DNA from: Escherichia coli
GTDB taxonomy: Bacteria; Pseudomonadota; Gammaproteobacteria; Enterobacterales; Enterobacteriaceae
Assembly: GCF_030384885.1 (NCBI RefSeq)
Contig: NZ_CP128613.1
Strand: one strand, 5' to 3'
DNA length: 64,000 bases
This document shows positions 47,576-55,364 of the stretch, piece by piece. The notes under the pieces were generated by a model. The model worked only from the letters and a program-made list of their open reading frames with translations. It did no database searches and had not been told where the DNA came from. Made by a program: the position numbers and the translations under genes. Positions within the stretch are counted from its first letter, which is position 1. Every line of letters begins with the position of its first letter.

Positions 47576-49567
47576 TTACTCAAGCAAGGTTAATAATTGT
47601 TCGCAAAGCAAAACGCAGTTATTCATTGCTTCTCCCCGTGCCTCGCCTTCTGTATTACGAAATTGTCCCAACACATGTGCCAGCCGATAAAAACCCATCG
47701 CGGTGAGTTCATTGACCAGCAACTCTGACTGACTAATGGCACTCTGTTCCTGATAGCGCCAGCCATTATGGAGCAGTTGAATAAGCAACGCCTGACAGCG
47801 CATCAGTAACTGATGAGTGGTAGACGGTACAGGCAGAACGCTGGTAGAAGGTAGCGGTGCCACAGGCGAAGTTTCTGCGTCCAGTGCCCAGGCGCGGGTT
47901 TGCGTCATCATTACTCGTGGTTCCAGTGTCAATTGCCCCTCAGCAAAATTGATAAACCCAGAAACCAGACTAACGGGATCTTCTGTTTGTTGTAACAGAG
48001 CTGCCATGCGTTCAACAGCAAAGGGCGCACTGGCTGAAGCTGGCAGTGATAACGTCAGCACATTATCGTCACCTTCGCCACTGATTACCTGCGCATCCAG
48101 TGTCTGCCGACTGCTGTCCCAACCGAGTGAAATGCACTCTTCTACTGGCAGAATAAATAAGTTATCGACCTGGTTAAGCGGTCGTATGGCGGCTGGCGGA
48201 CGTTGGCGTAAATATTCCCGCAAAGCCACAATGCCCGGCTGGCGCAGTGGTGCGCTCAACATTTGCCAGGCATCAGGCGACAGCGGAACAACACTGCTTA
48301 AGCGGTTGCGGGTAGCTAACAGCAACTCGCCATCGGCACTGCGTTTTGCTGCTTGTGAAACAATTTGCCCACCCGCCAGCGCGCCAGCCTGAAAACTAAA
48401 CAGCCGCCGTTTTGCCGCTGGAGAGTTATCCTGTTCACTTCTCGGCCAACTGCGCGAAAGATGCAAAATACTGCCGGTGTCGGGATCGGTGAACCAGATG
48501 CGTAAACCATACCGCTCATTATCCTGCCAGCAACGCATACCTAGTGACACCAGCCGCAAATGATCAAGCTTTGCTTCGCCAGCAATGCCTGCGCCGACGA
48601 GCGTGCGCCACGGTATGGGCGGTACCTCACCGACACTGTCACGTCGCGCCATCTCTTGTGCACTGTTCAAGCGACTGGTTAACGCCGCAATCTGGCACAA
48701 GCATTTTCCGGCATGATAGTGGCTGGCGCGGGCGTGGAAGGCATCAACGCTTGCCCGTAGCTGTCGTAGTGATTCACTTACCCAACGCCAGTTGCAGCGT
48801 TCCGCCGCTTGCTGCGCGCGGCTGAAAGCGGCCTCGTAGTGGATTGGCGGTTGGCTGATCCCGCCCAGCCATAATGCCTGACTTAATTGCTGAACATATT
48901 GACGACATGCTTTACCTTCGTCGCTGGAAAACGGATCGTCAGATGATGTGACGTGTTCACTGTGCATCTGCCAGATCAAATGAGTAAATTCCGCTTGTTG
49001 ATTTTTGGCCTCGACGAAGGCCTGCACAGCCAGTGCTACGTGTTCACACAGCGTTCCTTCAATACAATCACAACGGGCGAAACGAATGCTGCTGCGGGAA
49101 TAAAAACGCACATCGCTCATCGGTAAGCGGGCAGAGGGAATTTCGCCCGGTGTGCAGAACAACTCAATGGTGATGCCTTTAGCGACCAGCGCCTGCGCGC
49201 GTTTACGCGTGGTATTGGGCAGGGTAGCCAGTTCTTCCTGCCAGATTGCCGGATCCCACTCTTCTTCTTTTTCCGTAGGCTGGGCGGTGGCACAAAGTCG
49301 TTGATAACTTAACACCAGCATCACGCGATGACGGCACATGCCGCTGGCCCCGCAGCTACATTGAGCCTCTTTCAGTGCCTGACTGTTCGCCAGCCGGGTA
49401 CGGACACCGTCACTGAAGGTGGCGATTAAAGCGCCGTTCTCATGGCAGATTTCCGGGACATTGCCATTTTCCAGTTCCTTAAGGCTGCGCTTCACAAAAC
49501 CAGCATTGCTTAACGCCGTCAGGGCCTGCGGTGTCAGTTCTAATAATTCCGGACGTAGTGAATTCAT
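47576..49567 (-). CDS. yehQ: SWIM zinc-finger protein, last gene of yehLMPQ
   Basis: CxC...CxH SWIM signature (CSCGASGMCRH) near N-terminus; start at MNSLRPEL gives ATGA overlap with yehP. Confidence 0.75.
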   Translation of the reverse strand: MNSLRPELLELTPQALTALSNAGFVKRSLKELENGNVPEICHENGALIATFSDGVRTRLANSQALKEAQCSCGASGMCRHRVMLVLSYQRLCATAQPTEKEEEWDPAIWQEELATLPNTTRKRAQALVAKGITIELFCTPGEIPSARLPMSDVRFYSRSSIRFARCDCIEGTLCEHVALAVQAFVEAKNQQAEFTHLIWQMHSEHVTSSDDPFSSDEGKACRQYVQQLSQALWLGGISQPPIHYEAAFSRAQQAAERCNWRWVSESLRQLRASVDAFHARASHYHAGKCLCQIAALTSRLNSAQEMARRDSVGEVPPIPWRTLVGAGIAGEAKLDHLRLVSLGMRCWQDNERYGLRIWFTDPDTGSILHLSRSWPRSEQDNSPAAKRRLFSFQAGALAGGQIVSQAAKRSADGELLLATRNRLSSVVPLSPDAWQMLSAPLRQPGIVALREYLRQRPPAAIRPLNQVDNLFILPVEECISLGWDSSRQTLDAQVISGEGDDNVLTLSLPASASAPFAVERMAALLQQTEDPVSLVSGFINFAEGQLTLEPRVMMTQTRAWALDAETSPVAPLPSTSVLPVPSTTHQLLMRCQALLIQLLHNGWRYQEQSAISQSELLVNELTAMGFYRLAHVLGQFRNTEGEARGEAMNNCVLLCEQLLTLLE

Positions 49568-50700
49568 GACTGAAGATTCTCCGCAAGCCAGGTAGCCAGT
49601 TCGCCCGGTGTCATGGCAGCTATTTGTGCGCCGACATTTACCAGCGCCTGGGCTGTATCGCGGTCGTAGCAAGGTGTTGCGGTGCTATCGAGCGCTGCCA
49701 GTCCCAGCACTTTGATGCCGCTCTGGACACACTTTTTCACCTGATGCGTCAGCAAAGATGATGAACCCCCTTCATAAAAATCGCTCACGAGTATGATGAC
49801 GCTTTTCGCTGGTTGTTCAATAAGTTGCCGACCATATTCCACGGCACTGGCGATATTGGTCCCGCCGCCCAATTGTACTTTCATTAATAACTCTACCGGA
49901 TCGGCAACGTCGGCAGTGAGATCGACGACGTTAGTGTCAAAAGCGACCAGATGGGTACGAATGCCGGGTAACTGCCATAAACAGGCCGCCATCACCGCTG
50001 AGTGGATCACCGAGTCAACCATCGATCCGCTTTGATCAACCAGTAACACCAGCTGCCATTGTTCGCTATGGCGCTTAATGCGACTGTTAAAGCGGGGGGA
50101 TTCGATATACAACTTGCCGTGTTGCGGGTGCCAGTGTTGCAGGTTGGCGCGCAGAGTACTTTTGAAATCGAAATTACGCGCCAGTGGAATAAATGAGCGG
50201 CGACGGCGATCGCGGACACCAGAAAAAGCCTGACGAACTTCCTTTGCCAGTCGCGCCATAATTTCTTCAACAACCTGGCGCACTATCCGGCGGGCGGCAG
50301 CCAGCACTTCGGGATTCATCAGATGTTTGGTGTGCAAAACGGCGCGTAACAGGCTTTCAGAGGGCTGCATACGTTCCAGCACGTCGAGATTTGTCACTAC
50401 ATCTTCAATGCCATAGCGCAGTACAGCATCGCTTTCCAGCCGCTCAATCACCTGTTGCGGAAACAGCGTGTGAATACTGTTGATCCAATCAGGGGTGGTG
50501 AGATTTGAGCCACCTAATCCACCGGAGCGTTCACCACGCTGGAGCCGTTCAGGATCGCGCCCGTACAGCCACTCCAGCGCGTGGTCCATCCGCCGGGCGT
50601 TGTCATCCAGCCCACAAAGCGTCGTTTCTGCCGCTTCGCCAAGAATTAATCGCCAGCGTTGTAGCTCACGAGTGGTCAGAAGATCGTTCAGTTCAGACAT
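49564..50700 (-). CDS. yehP: von Willebrand factor A (VWA) domain protein
   Basis: MIDAS motif LLVDQSGSM; start at MSELNDLL; overlaps yehM stop. Confidence 0.8.
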   Translation of the reverse strand: MSELNDLLTTRELQRWRLILGEAAETTLCGLDDNARRMDHALEWLYGRDPERLQRGERSGGLGGSNLTTPDWINSIHTLFPQQVIERLESDAVLRYGIEDVVTNLDVLERMQPSESLLRAVLHTKHLMNPEVLAAARRIVRQVVEEIMARLAKEVRQAFSGVRDRRRRSFIPLARNFDFKSTLRANLQHWHPQHGKLYIESPRFNSRIKRHSEQWQLVLLVDQSGSMVDSVIHSAVMAACLWQLPGIRTHLVAFDTNVVDLTADVADPVELLMKVQLGGGTNIASAVEYGRQLIEQPAKSVIILVSDFYEGGSSSLLTHQVKKCVQSGIKVLGLAALDSTATPCYDRDTAQALVNVGAQIAAMTPGELATWLAENLQS

Positions 50701-52972
50701 GGAAAACTCCCCAGTGTTGCAGTGATGCCAGTGCCTGCTGTTCGAGCTGTTGATGATGTGCAATGGCTTGCGGTGGGCAATGCAACGGCATTTGCAGCGC
50801 CGAAACGGGAAGCTGAGCGAGCTGGTAATGCTCAAGCACCTGATGCGCCAGCGTCCCGCGTTCTCGTGGCGGTAGCCAGGCCATCGCCGCGCGTAAATCG
50901 GGCAGGGCGTTAATAAAATCGGCGTCACTCAGTTGATTCAAATGGCTGCTGAAACCGGCGATAAATGCAGGCTGACTGGCCAGTTGATGGCGGGCTAATG
51001 CCAGCAAACCGTGCAGCGCCTCGCCAGATTGTGCCGGGGATAATTGTGCCAGCATCGTCAGCGCCGCTTCGGCACTGGCGTTGGGATGTTCCAGACGCAT
51101 CAGCGCGCCAAGGGCCGCACCGCGATCCAGCGCTGGGGCATGAATCGCCTGACTGCGACGTTCCAGTAAGGCTACCGCCGCAGAAAGCGAAACGCCGGGT
51201 AAATTAACGCCGCTATTTAGATCGCGCAGGATATGGCAAAGCGCCTGCCAGCTATGCAGGTGAGCGTGAAACTCCTTCTCATCCGGCCTGCCGTTGGATT
51301 CACATAGCCACAGTGTGCGATCGATAGCCGCGTATAACGTCGTCTGTAATATCTGCGCGCCTTGCATACCGCTGATTTCATCGAGCTGCCACAAGGCGTA
51401 AAGCACTTCCAGCGCCTGGCCCATTTCGGCAAACTGATTTTCCTGGGCGATTAATAATGTGAGTTGTTCCAGTAATTGCTGACTGAAGGACGCCAGACCC
51501 GCTAACGCTGCCTGGCTAAGACATGTGGTGATGCCGCTGATTCCACCCGCGTCCAGCATATCGGCTTCTAATTTATTGCGTGCGGCCTCCTGGAGTGTGG
51601 CACCAAAGCAGGCGGCTTCAATCAATGCCGCATGTTGGCTAAGTGGCTGGGTTAATGTCCAGCGTTCTTCACCGTTGCCCGCCAGCGTCAGTGTACTTCC
51701 TTGCTCGCGCACAATGCCGGGAATCTCCAGTATTGCCAACCGATGTAGCACCTGACTTTGCGCCAGTCCATCGGGGGTAAAGCGATTTAAGGTAAGCTCC
51801 GCCGGAAGAGAGATTCCGGTACGTTCCAGTTCGCAGGTGACATCTTTTGGCAGAGGTGGCTGTGGCGTCGAGGGGGCAAGTTTACCGAATCCGTCACCTG
51901 CTAATGTGTCTATCAACGTTACCAGTATCGGATCGGTATCGGGATGAATAACGCCGCGATAGCTCCACGGCAACGGCGCATTCAAGGCTTCTTTAATCAG
52001 CGAGCCTGCTATGGCATCCAGCCAGTCAGCGCGTAACGGTAGTGTATGACCGCGCAGCTGTGCCAGCGCCATCGCATGTAGATGAGCGGCAGCCATATCC
52101 GCGGTTGAAGCAGGCAAGTGGTGCTGGCGCAAACGGGTAAGAACCGTTTTTAGTAGTTGTTCACCTGCCTGCTGCAAACCTGACTGCCAGCACCAGTTTT
52201 GCCAGACCGGGGCTGGCATTCCTGAAAGGTATCCTGCCAGCACATCAAGGCGCTTTTCACTGTATGGCGTGAGATAGCAACCTGTAACGGCATCATCCTG
52301 TGAGAGCAATTCTGGCTTGTTAATTTCTTGCGGGCATTCGCGCCACATTTTTGCAAGTGCCGGAGCGTGCCAGCCTCCGCAGACGACTAATACGTCGCCA
52401 TTATTTTGCTGCATCGCCCATGCAATCCAGCGGGCCATAAAGGCTTCGCGCTGACGATTGAGTGCATCGCCGGAGGCGTCGCCCCGCAGTTGTGCAAAAT
52501 AGTGCGCCAGTGCAGAGGGTAATATAGTTTGCTGGCTTTCATCTTCGAACAAGTGATCCCACAAGGTGTCGCTGTTATCCATGCGGGTGGCACGCAGCAG
52601 CAAGGCCTGGCTTTCCTCTTGCATATCAGGCGAATCATCCTCTTCTTCACTTTGTGCCCAGCAAGGCAAATCGATGAAGTAAGTTTGTGCCTGAATACGA
52701 CGTGCGGCTTGTAGCGCCTGCCACTCCGGCGAAAATTCAGCAAATGGCGTCCAGGCACCACGCCCAGGGGCCGCACCGTCCTGATACTGGCAATAACTGT
52801 AAATAGCTACCGGAAGCTGGTGGGCTAACAACAGTTCGTCTACCCGGTCATTAAAATCAGCAGGGCCTTCAATCAATACGTATCGTGGCCGCTGTCTTTC
52901 GATTAACGATTTCACCAGCCTGGCACAGGCTGGGCTATGATGCCGGATGCCGACAATTAACGGCTCGCTCAT
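50693..52972 (-). CDS. yehM: Large uncharacterized protein of yehLMPQ operon
   Basis: 759 aa from MSEPLIVG; no motif I recognise. Confidence 0.75.
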   Translation of the reverse strand: MSEPLIVGIRHHSPACARLVKSLIERQRPRYVLIEGPADFNDRVDELLLAHQLPVAIYSYCQYQDGAAPGRGAWTPFAEFSPEWQALQAARRIQAQTYFIDLPCWAQSEEEDDSPDMQEESQALLLRATRMDNSDTLWDHLFEDESQQTILPSALAHYFAQLRGDASGDALNRQREAFMARWIAWAMQQNNGDVLVVCGGWHAPALAKMWRECPQEINKPELLSQDDAVTGCYLTPYSEKRLDVLAGYLSGMPAPVWQNWCWQSGLQQAGEQLLKTVLTRLRQHHLPASTADMAAAHLHAMALAQLRGHTLPLRADWLDAIAGSLIKEALNAPLPWSYRGVIHPDTDPILVTLIDTLAGDGFGKLAPSTPQPPLPKDVTCELERTGISLPAELTLNRFTPDGLAQSQVLHRLAILEIPGIVREQGSTLTLAGNGEERWTLTQPLSQHAALIEAACFGATLQEAARNKLEADMLDAGGISGITTCLSQAALAGLASFSQQLLEQLTLLIAQENQFAEMGQALEVLYALWQLDEISGMQGAQILQTTLYAAIDRTLWLCESNGRPDEKEFHAHLHSWQALCHILRDLNSGVNLPGVSLSAAVALLERRSQAIHAPALDRGAALGALMRLEHPNASAEAALTMLAQLSPAQSGEALHGLLALARHQLASQPAFIAGFSSHLNQLSDADFINALPDLRAAMAWLPPRERGTLAHQVLEHYQLAQLPVSALQMPLHCPPQAIAHHQQLEQQALASLQHWGVFHV

Positions 52973-52982
52973 GCATCTTTCC

Positions 52983-54071
52983 TCACGGCAGGCGGTGGCG
53001 AGCTTGATAATAAGCCTGCCAGTGAGCTTCTTTATGTGTAGCGACACGCTGTTCGAAGTAACGGCGCAGACGTGCGCGATCTTCTTCGTTATCTTTGACG
53101 ATGGTTCCGGCAATACAGTCTACCAGGTCGGCAGGCTCCCCAGCGCGATTCGCTAAAAACCAGGCGCGGAAACCCACGGCGTGTGCTACGTTAACGGCTT
53201 CAGCGGTGGACATAATCGCTGTAAGGGTATCCATTGAGGTTTTCTTTTCGCCGTTGGCACGCAGATCGCGGAAGGTGCGGACCAGTAACTCCAGTACCGC
53301 GTCAGGCACTTTATGCGGAATACCGCTATGGGCCAGCAAACGTGCCGAAGCGCTGGCGACAAGCTCCAGCTCCTGGGCGAAATCCATAATCGGAAAGACA
53401 GTTTCAAAATCGAAGCGACGCTTGAGTGCGGCACTCATTTCATTGACGCCGCGATCGCGGGTATTGGCAGTAGCAATAATATTAAAGCCTTCCCGCGCAT
53501 AGAGCTGACTGGCTTCACCAGTGAGTTCCGGCACCGTCATAACCCTGTCAGAAAGCATACCTAACAGACAGTCTTGTACTTCCAGTGGTGTACGCGTTAT
53601 CTCTTCAAAACGGACAATTTTGCCGTCGCGCATTCCCTGGTAGAGCGGGGCAGGGACCAGCGCTTCCGTTGACGGACCATGGTTGATAAGCAGGGCGTAG
53701 TTCCAGCCGTACTTGATTTGATCTTCGGTGGTAGATGCGCCGCCCTGGATGGTTAACCCGGCATCGCCGCTAATAGCGGTTGCCAGTAATTCAGACAGGA
53801 GCGATTTTGCGGTGCCAGGTTCCCCCACCAACATCAAACCGCGCCCGGTAGCGAGAGTGACTAACATGCGTTCGACAGCGGAGGGGCTAATCACGACTTT
53901 ACGGCTAATATTTTGTGCTTCGTCGCCAAGGATAAAAACACGGGCCGCAGGCAAACTTAACTGCCAACCGGGCGGGCAAGGTGCGTGATCATTTTGTTTT
54001 AATTTTGCCAGTTCATCGGCGTATAACACAGCGGCAGGCGGACGCTGCAGATGATTATTCTGCGGTGACAT
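52983..54071 (-). CDS. yehL: MoxR-like AAA+ ATPase
   Basis: Walker A LVGEPGTAKS, Walker B/sensor motifs; start at MSPQNNHL. Confidence 0.85.
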   Translation of the reverse strand: MSPQNNHLQRPPAAVLYADELAKLKQNDHAPCPPGWQLSLPAARVFILGDEAQNISRKVVISPSAVERMLVTLATGRGLMLVGEPGTAKSLLSELLATAISGDAGLTIQGGASTTEDQIKYGWNYALLINHGPSTEALVPAPLYQGMRDGKIVRFEEITRTPLEVQDCLLGMLSDRVMTVPELTGEASQLYAREGFNIIATANTRDRGVNEMSAALKRRFDFETVFPIMDFAQELELVASASARLLAHSGIPHKVPDAVLELLVRTFRDLRANGEKKTSMDTLTAIMSTAEAVNVAHAVGFRAWFLANRAGEPADLVDCIAGTIVKDNEEDRARLRRYFEQRVATHKEAHWQAYYQARHRLP

Positions 54072-54181
54072 ATATTCATCCCTGAAATGTATTAATGAAA
54101 TAAACGATATTTTACGCGCAATAAATGTTTGGCGCATTAGTTGTTTGAGCGGAAAATATCTGGAAAGCAGATCACAGTAAA

Positions 54182-54265
54182 TAAAAAAACCTGCTGGTGA
54201 GGCAGGTTCTTTTATTTACTACTTTCAGGCCTAACACCACGGCCTGTGCAACATCGTGTTCCAAC
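54182..54265 (-). ncRNA. orzO: Antisense antitoxin sRNA (OrzO-like) of type I TA locus
   Basis: Minus-strand promoter TTGCAA-17 nt-TATAAT (-10 at 54272-54277), 5' region complementary to toxin leader (54246-54265 vs 54412-54431, 19/20), hairpin acctgc..gcaggt + U7 terminator at 54182-54207. Confidence 0.7.
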
Positions 54266-54294
54266 GAACGAATTATAACCATCGGTGGACCCCG

Positions 54295-54322
54295 TTGCAA
54301 TTAAGATAATGAGATTTATAAT
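54295..54322 (+). promoter_or_regulatory. Promoter of toxin mRNA (TTGCAA-16 nt-TATAAT), giving ~175-nt 5' leader
   Basis: -35 ttgcaa 54295-54300 (palindromic, shared with divergent sRNA promoter), -10 tataat 54317-54322. Confidence 0.65.
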
Positions 54323-54502
54323 CCTGACTGTTGGGACGTTGCGCCGGATCGAACCCATTTCAAGTCCTGGCTACCGGACGGGTGGTGCCGCAGGTAGTGC
54401 CCTGATCCGGAGTGCAACATCGTGGTCCAACATACGTAAACCAGTATCGACAGGCAGTGTAAGGGTAAGATGCTGGTGTTGCGCTCCTTAATAAGGAGAG
54501 CG

Positions 54503-54592
54503 GATGGACACGCTGACACAAAAGTTAACCGTGCTCATTGCCGTACTGGAGTTATTAGTGGCTCTGTTACGGCTGATTGATTTGTTGAAGTA
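54503..54592 (+). CDS. zorO: Type I toxin, 29-aa hydrophobic peptide (ZorO-like)
   Basis: ORF MDTLTQKLTVLIAVLELLVALLRLIDLLK preceded by strong SD taaggagag; matches my recollection of ZorO from E. coli O157:H7; not in ORF track (too short). Confidence 0.7.
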
Positions 54593-54615
54593 ACGGGCAA
54601 ATTGAAACGCATCTA

Positions 54616-54645
54616 AGGGGGAAAATACCGCTTCCCCCTTTAATA
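54616..54645 (+). terminator. Rho-independent terminator of toxin mRNA
   Basis: agggggaa-aataccgc-ttccccct followed by ttaataaaat. Confidence 0.6.
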
Positions 54646-54792
54646 AAATGATTATTGCTTCCATTAATTCACCCGATAACTTTTTTCTTATTTATTAATT
54701 CATCGATTTTATAATTAACGTACATTTGACCGGGATGTGAGTATTTATGGTGGCTATTGGCGAAAAATATCTGGAAACCAGATCGCGGAAAA

Positions 54793-54874
54793 TAAAAAAA
54801 CCTGCTGGTGAGGCAGGTTCTTTTATTTACTACTTTGACGATAACTTGCTGATTGTGCAACATTTCGTACCAAC
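54793..54874 (-). ncRNA. Second Orz-like sRNA (orphan: no cognate toxin ORF downstream)
   Basis: Intact minus-strand promoter TTGCAA(54904-54909)-17-TATAAT(54881-54886), terminator hairpin 54800-54818 + U-run; seed gtgcaacatttcgtaccaac differs from unit 1. Confidence 0.6.
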
Positions 54875-54986
54875 GAGTAAATTATAACCATATCCACACT
54901 CCATTGCAATTCAGTGAGTGAGATTTATAATCCTGCCCCTTGGGAGGTTGTGCCGGATCGGACCAATTTGAATTATTTAGAGTATA

Positions 54987-55304
54987 TTATTCTATTTCTT
55001 GGTTGAATATGTTCTGTAGTTCACGATTAAAAATGGCTATTACCGTTTCTGGTGATTCACCTCGTAATTTTCGCTCATCAATAAATTCATCTCTTATATA
55101 AATCAACGCATCATTTATTAGCGGGTCGGCATCTTCTCCATCACGTTGATGAAATGTTGGACGTAGCCGGAATCGTTCCTGTCGATAGACGGAACCTGTA
55201 AATAATTCAGAGCATTTATGGATCTCAAGTCTGAAGGAAAACGGATCTTCAGGTACAGGGACTTCATAATCATAAGTAGCGACCAGCTCTTTTTGCACGA
55301 TCAT
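54987..55304 (-). CDS. yehK: Uncharacterized small protein
   Basis: 105 aa in conserved position between yehL and yehI. Confidence 0.75.
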   Translation of the reverse strand: MIVQKELVATYDYEVPVPEDPFSFRLEIHKCSELFTGSVYRQERFRLRPTFHQRDGEDADPLINDALIYIRDEFIDERKLRGESPETVIAIFNRELQNIFNQEIE

Positions 55305-55364
55305 CGCTTTTCCCGGTGGTAAGTCGTGTTGATAACGGGCAGTCGCATCACTGCCCGCTGTGTT

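Larger units (their letters stand above)
54140..54985. repeat. Tandem duplication: complete zor-orz-like unit (~54140-54760) followed by truncated second unit (~54760-54985)
   Basis: Near-identical segments gaaaatatctggaaa..aaaaaaacctgctggtgaggcaggttcttttatttactactt at 54147 and 54765, continuing with diverged but alignable sRNA/promoter regions. Confidence 0.8.

Noticed and set aside
54285-54519. 67-68-aa ORFs on both strands inside the toxin leader
   Set aside because: They overlap the promoter and leader of the 29-aa toxin gene and lack SD sequences; the short toxin ORF with a strong SD is the better-supported coding feature.
54970-54986. 17-nt exact match gaattatttagagtata shared with 18452-18468 (preT upstream region)
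   Set aside because: Flanking sequence does not match; a single 17-mer match in AT-rich DNA across a 64-kb window on two strands is within chance expectation.
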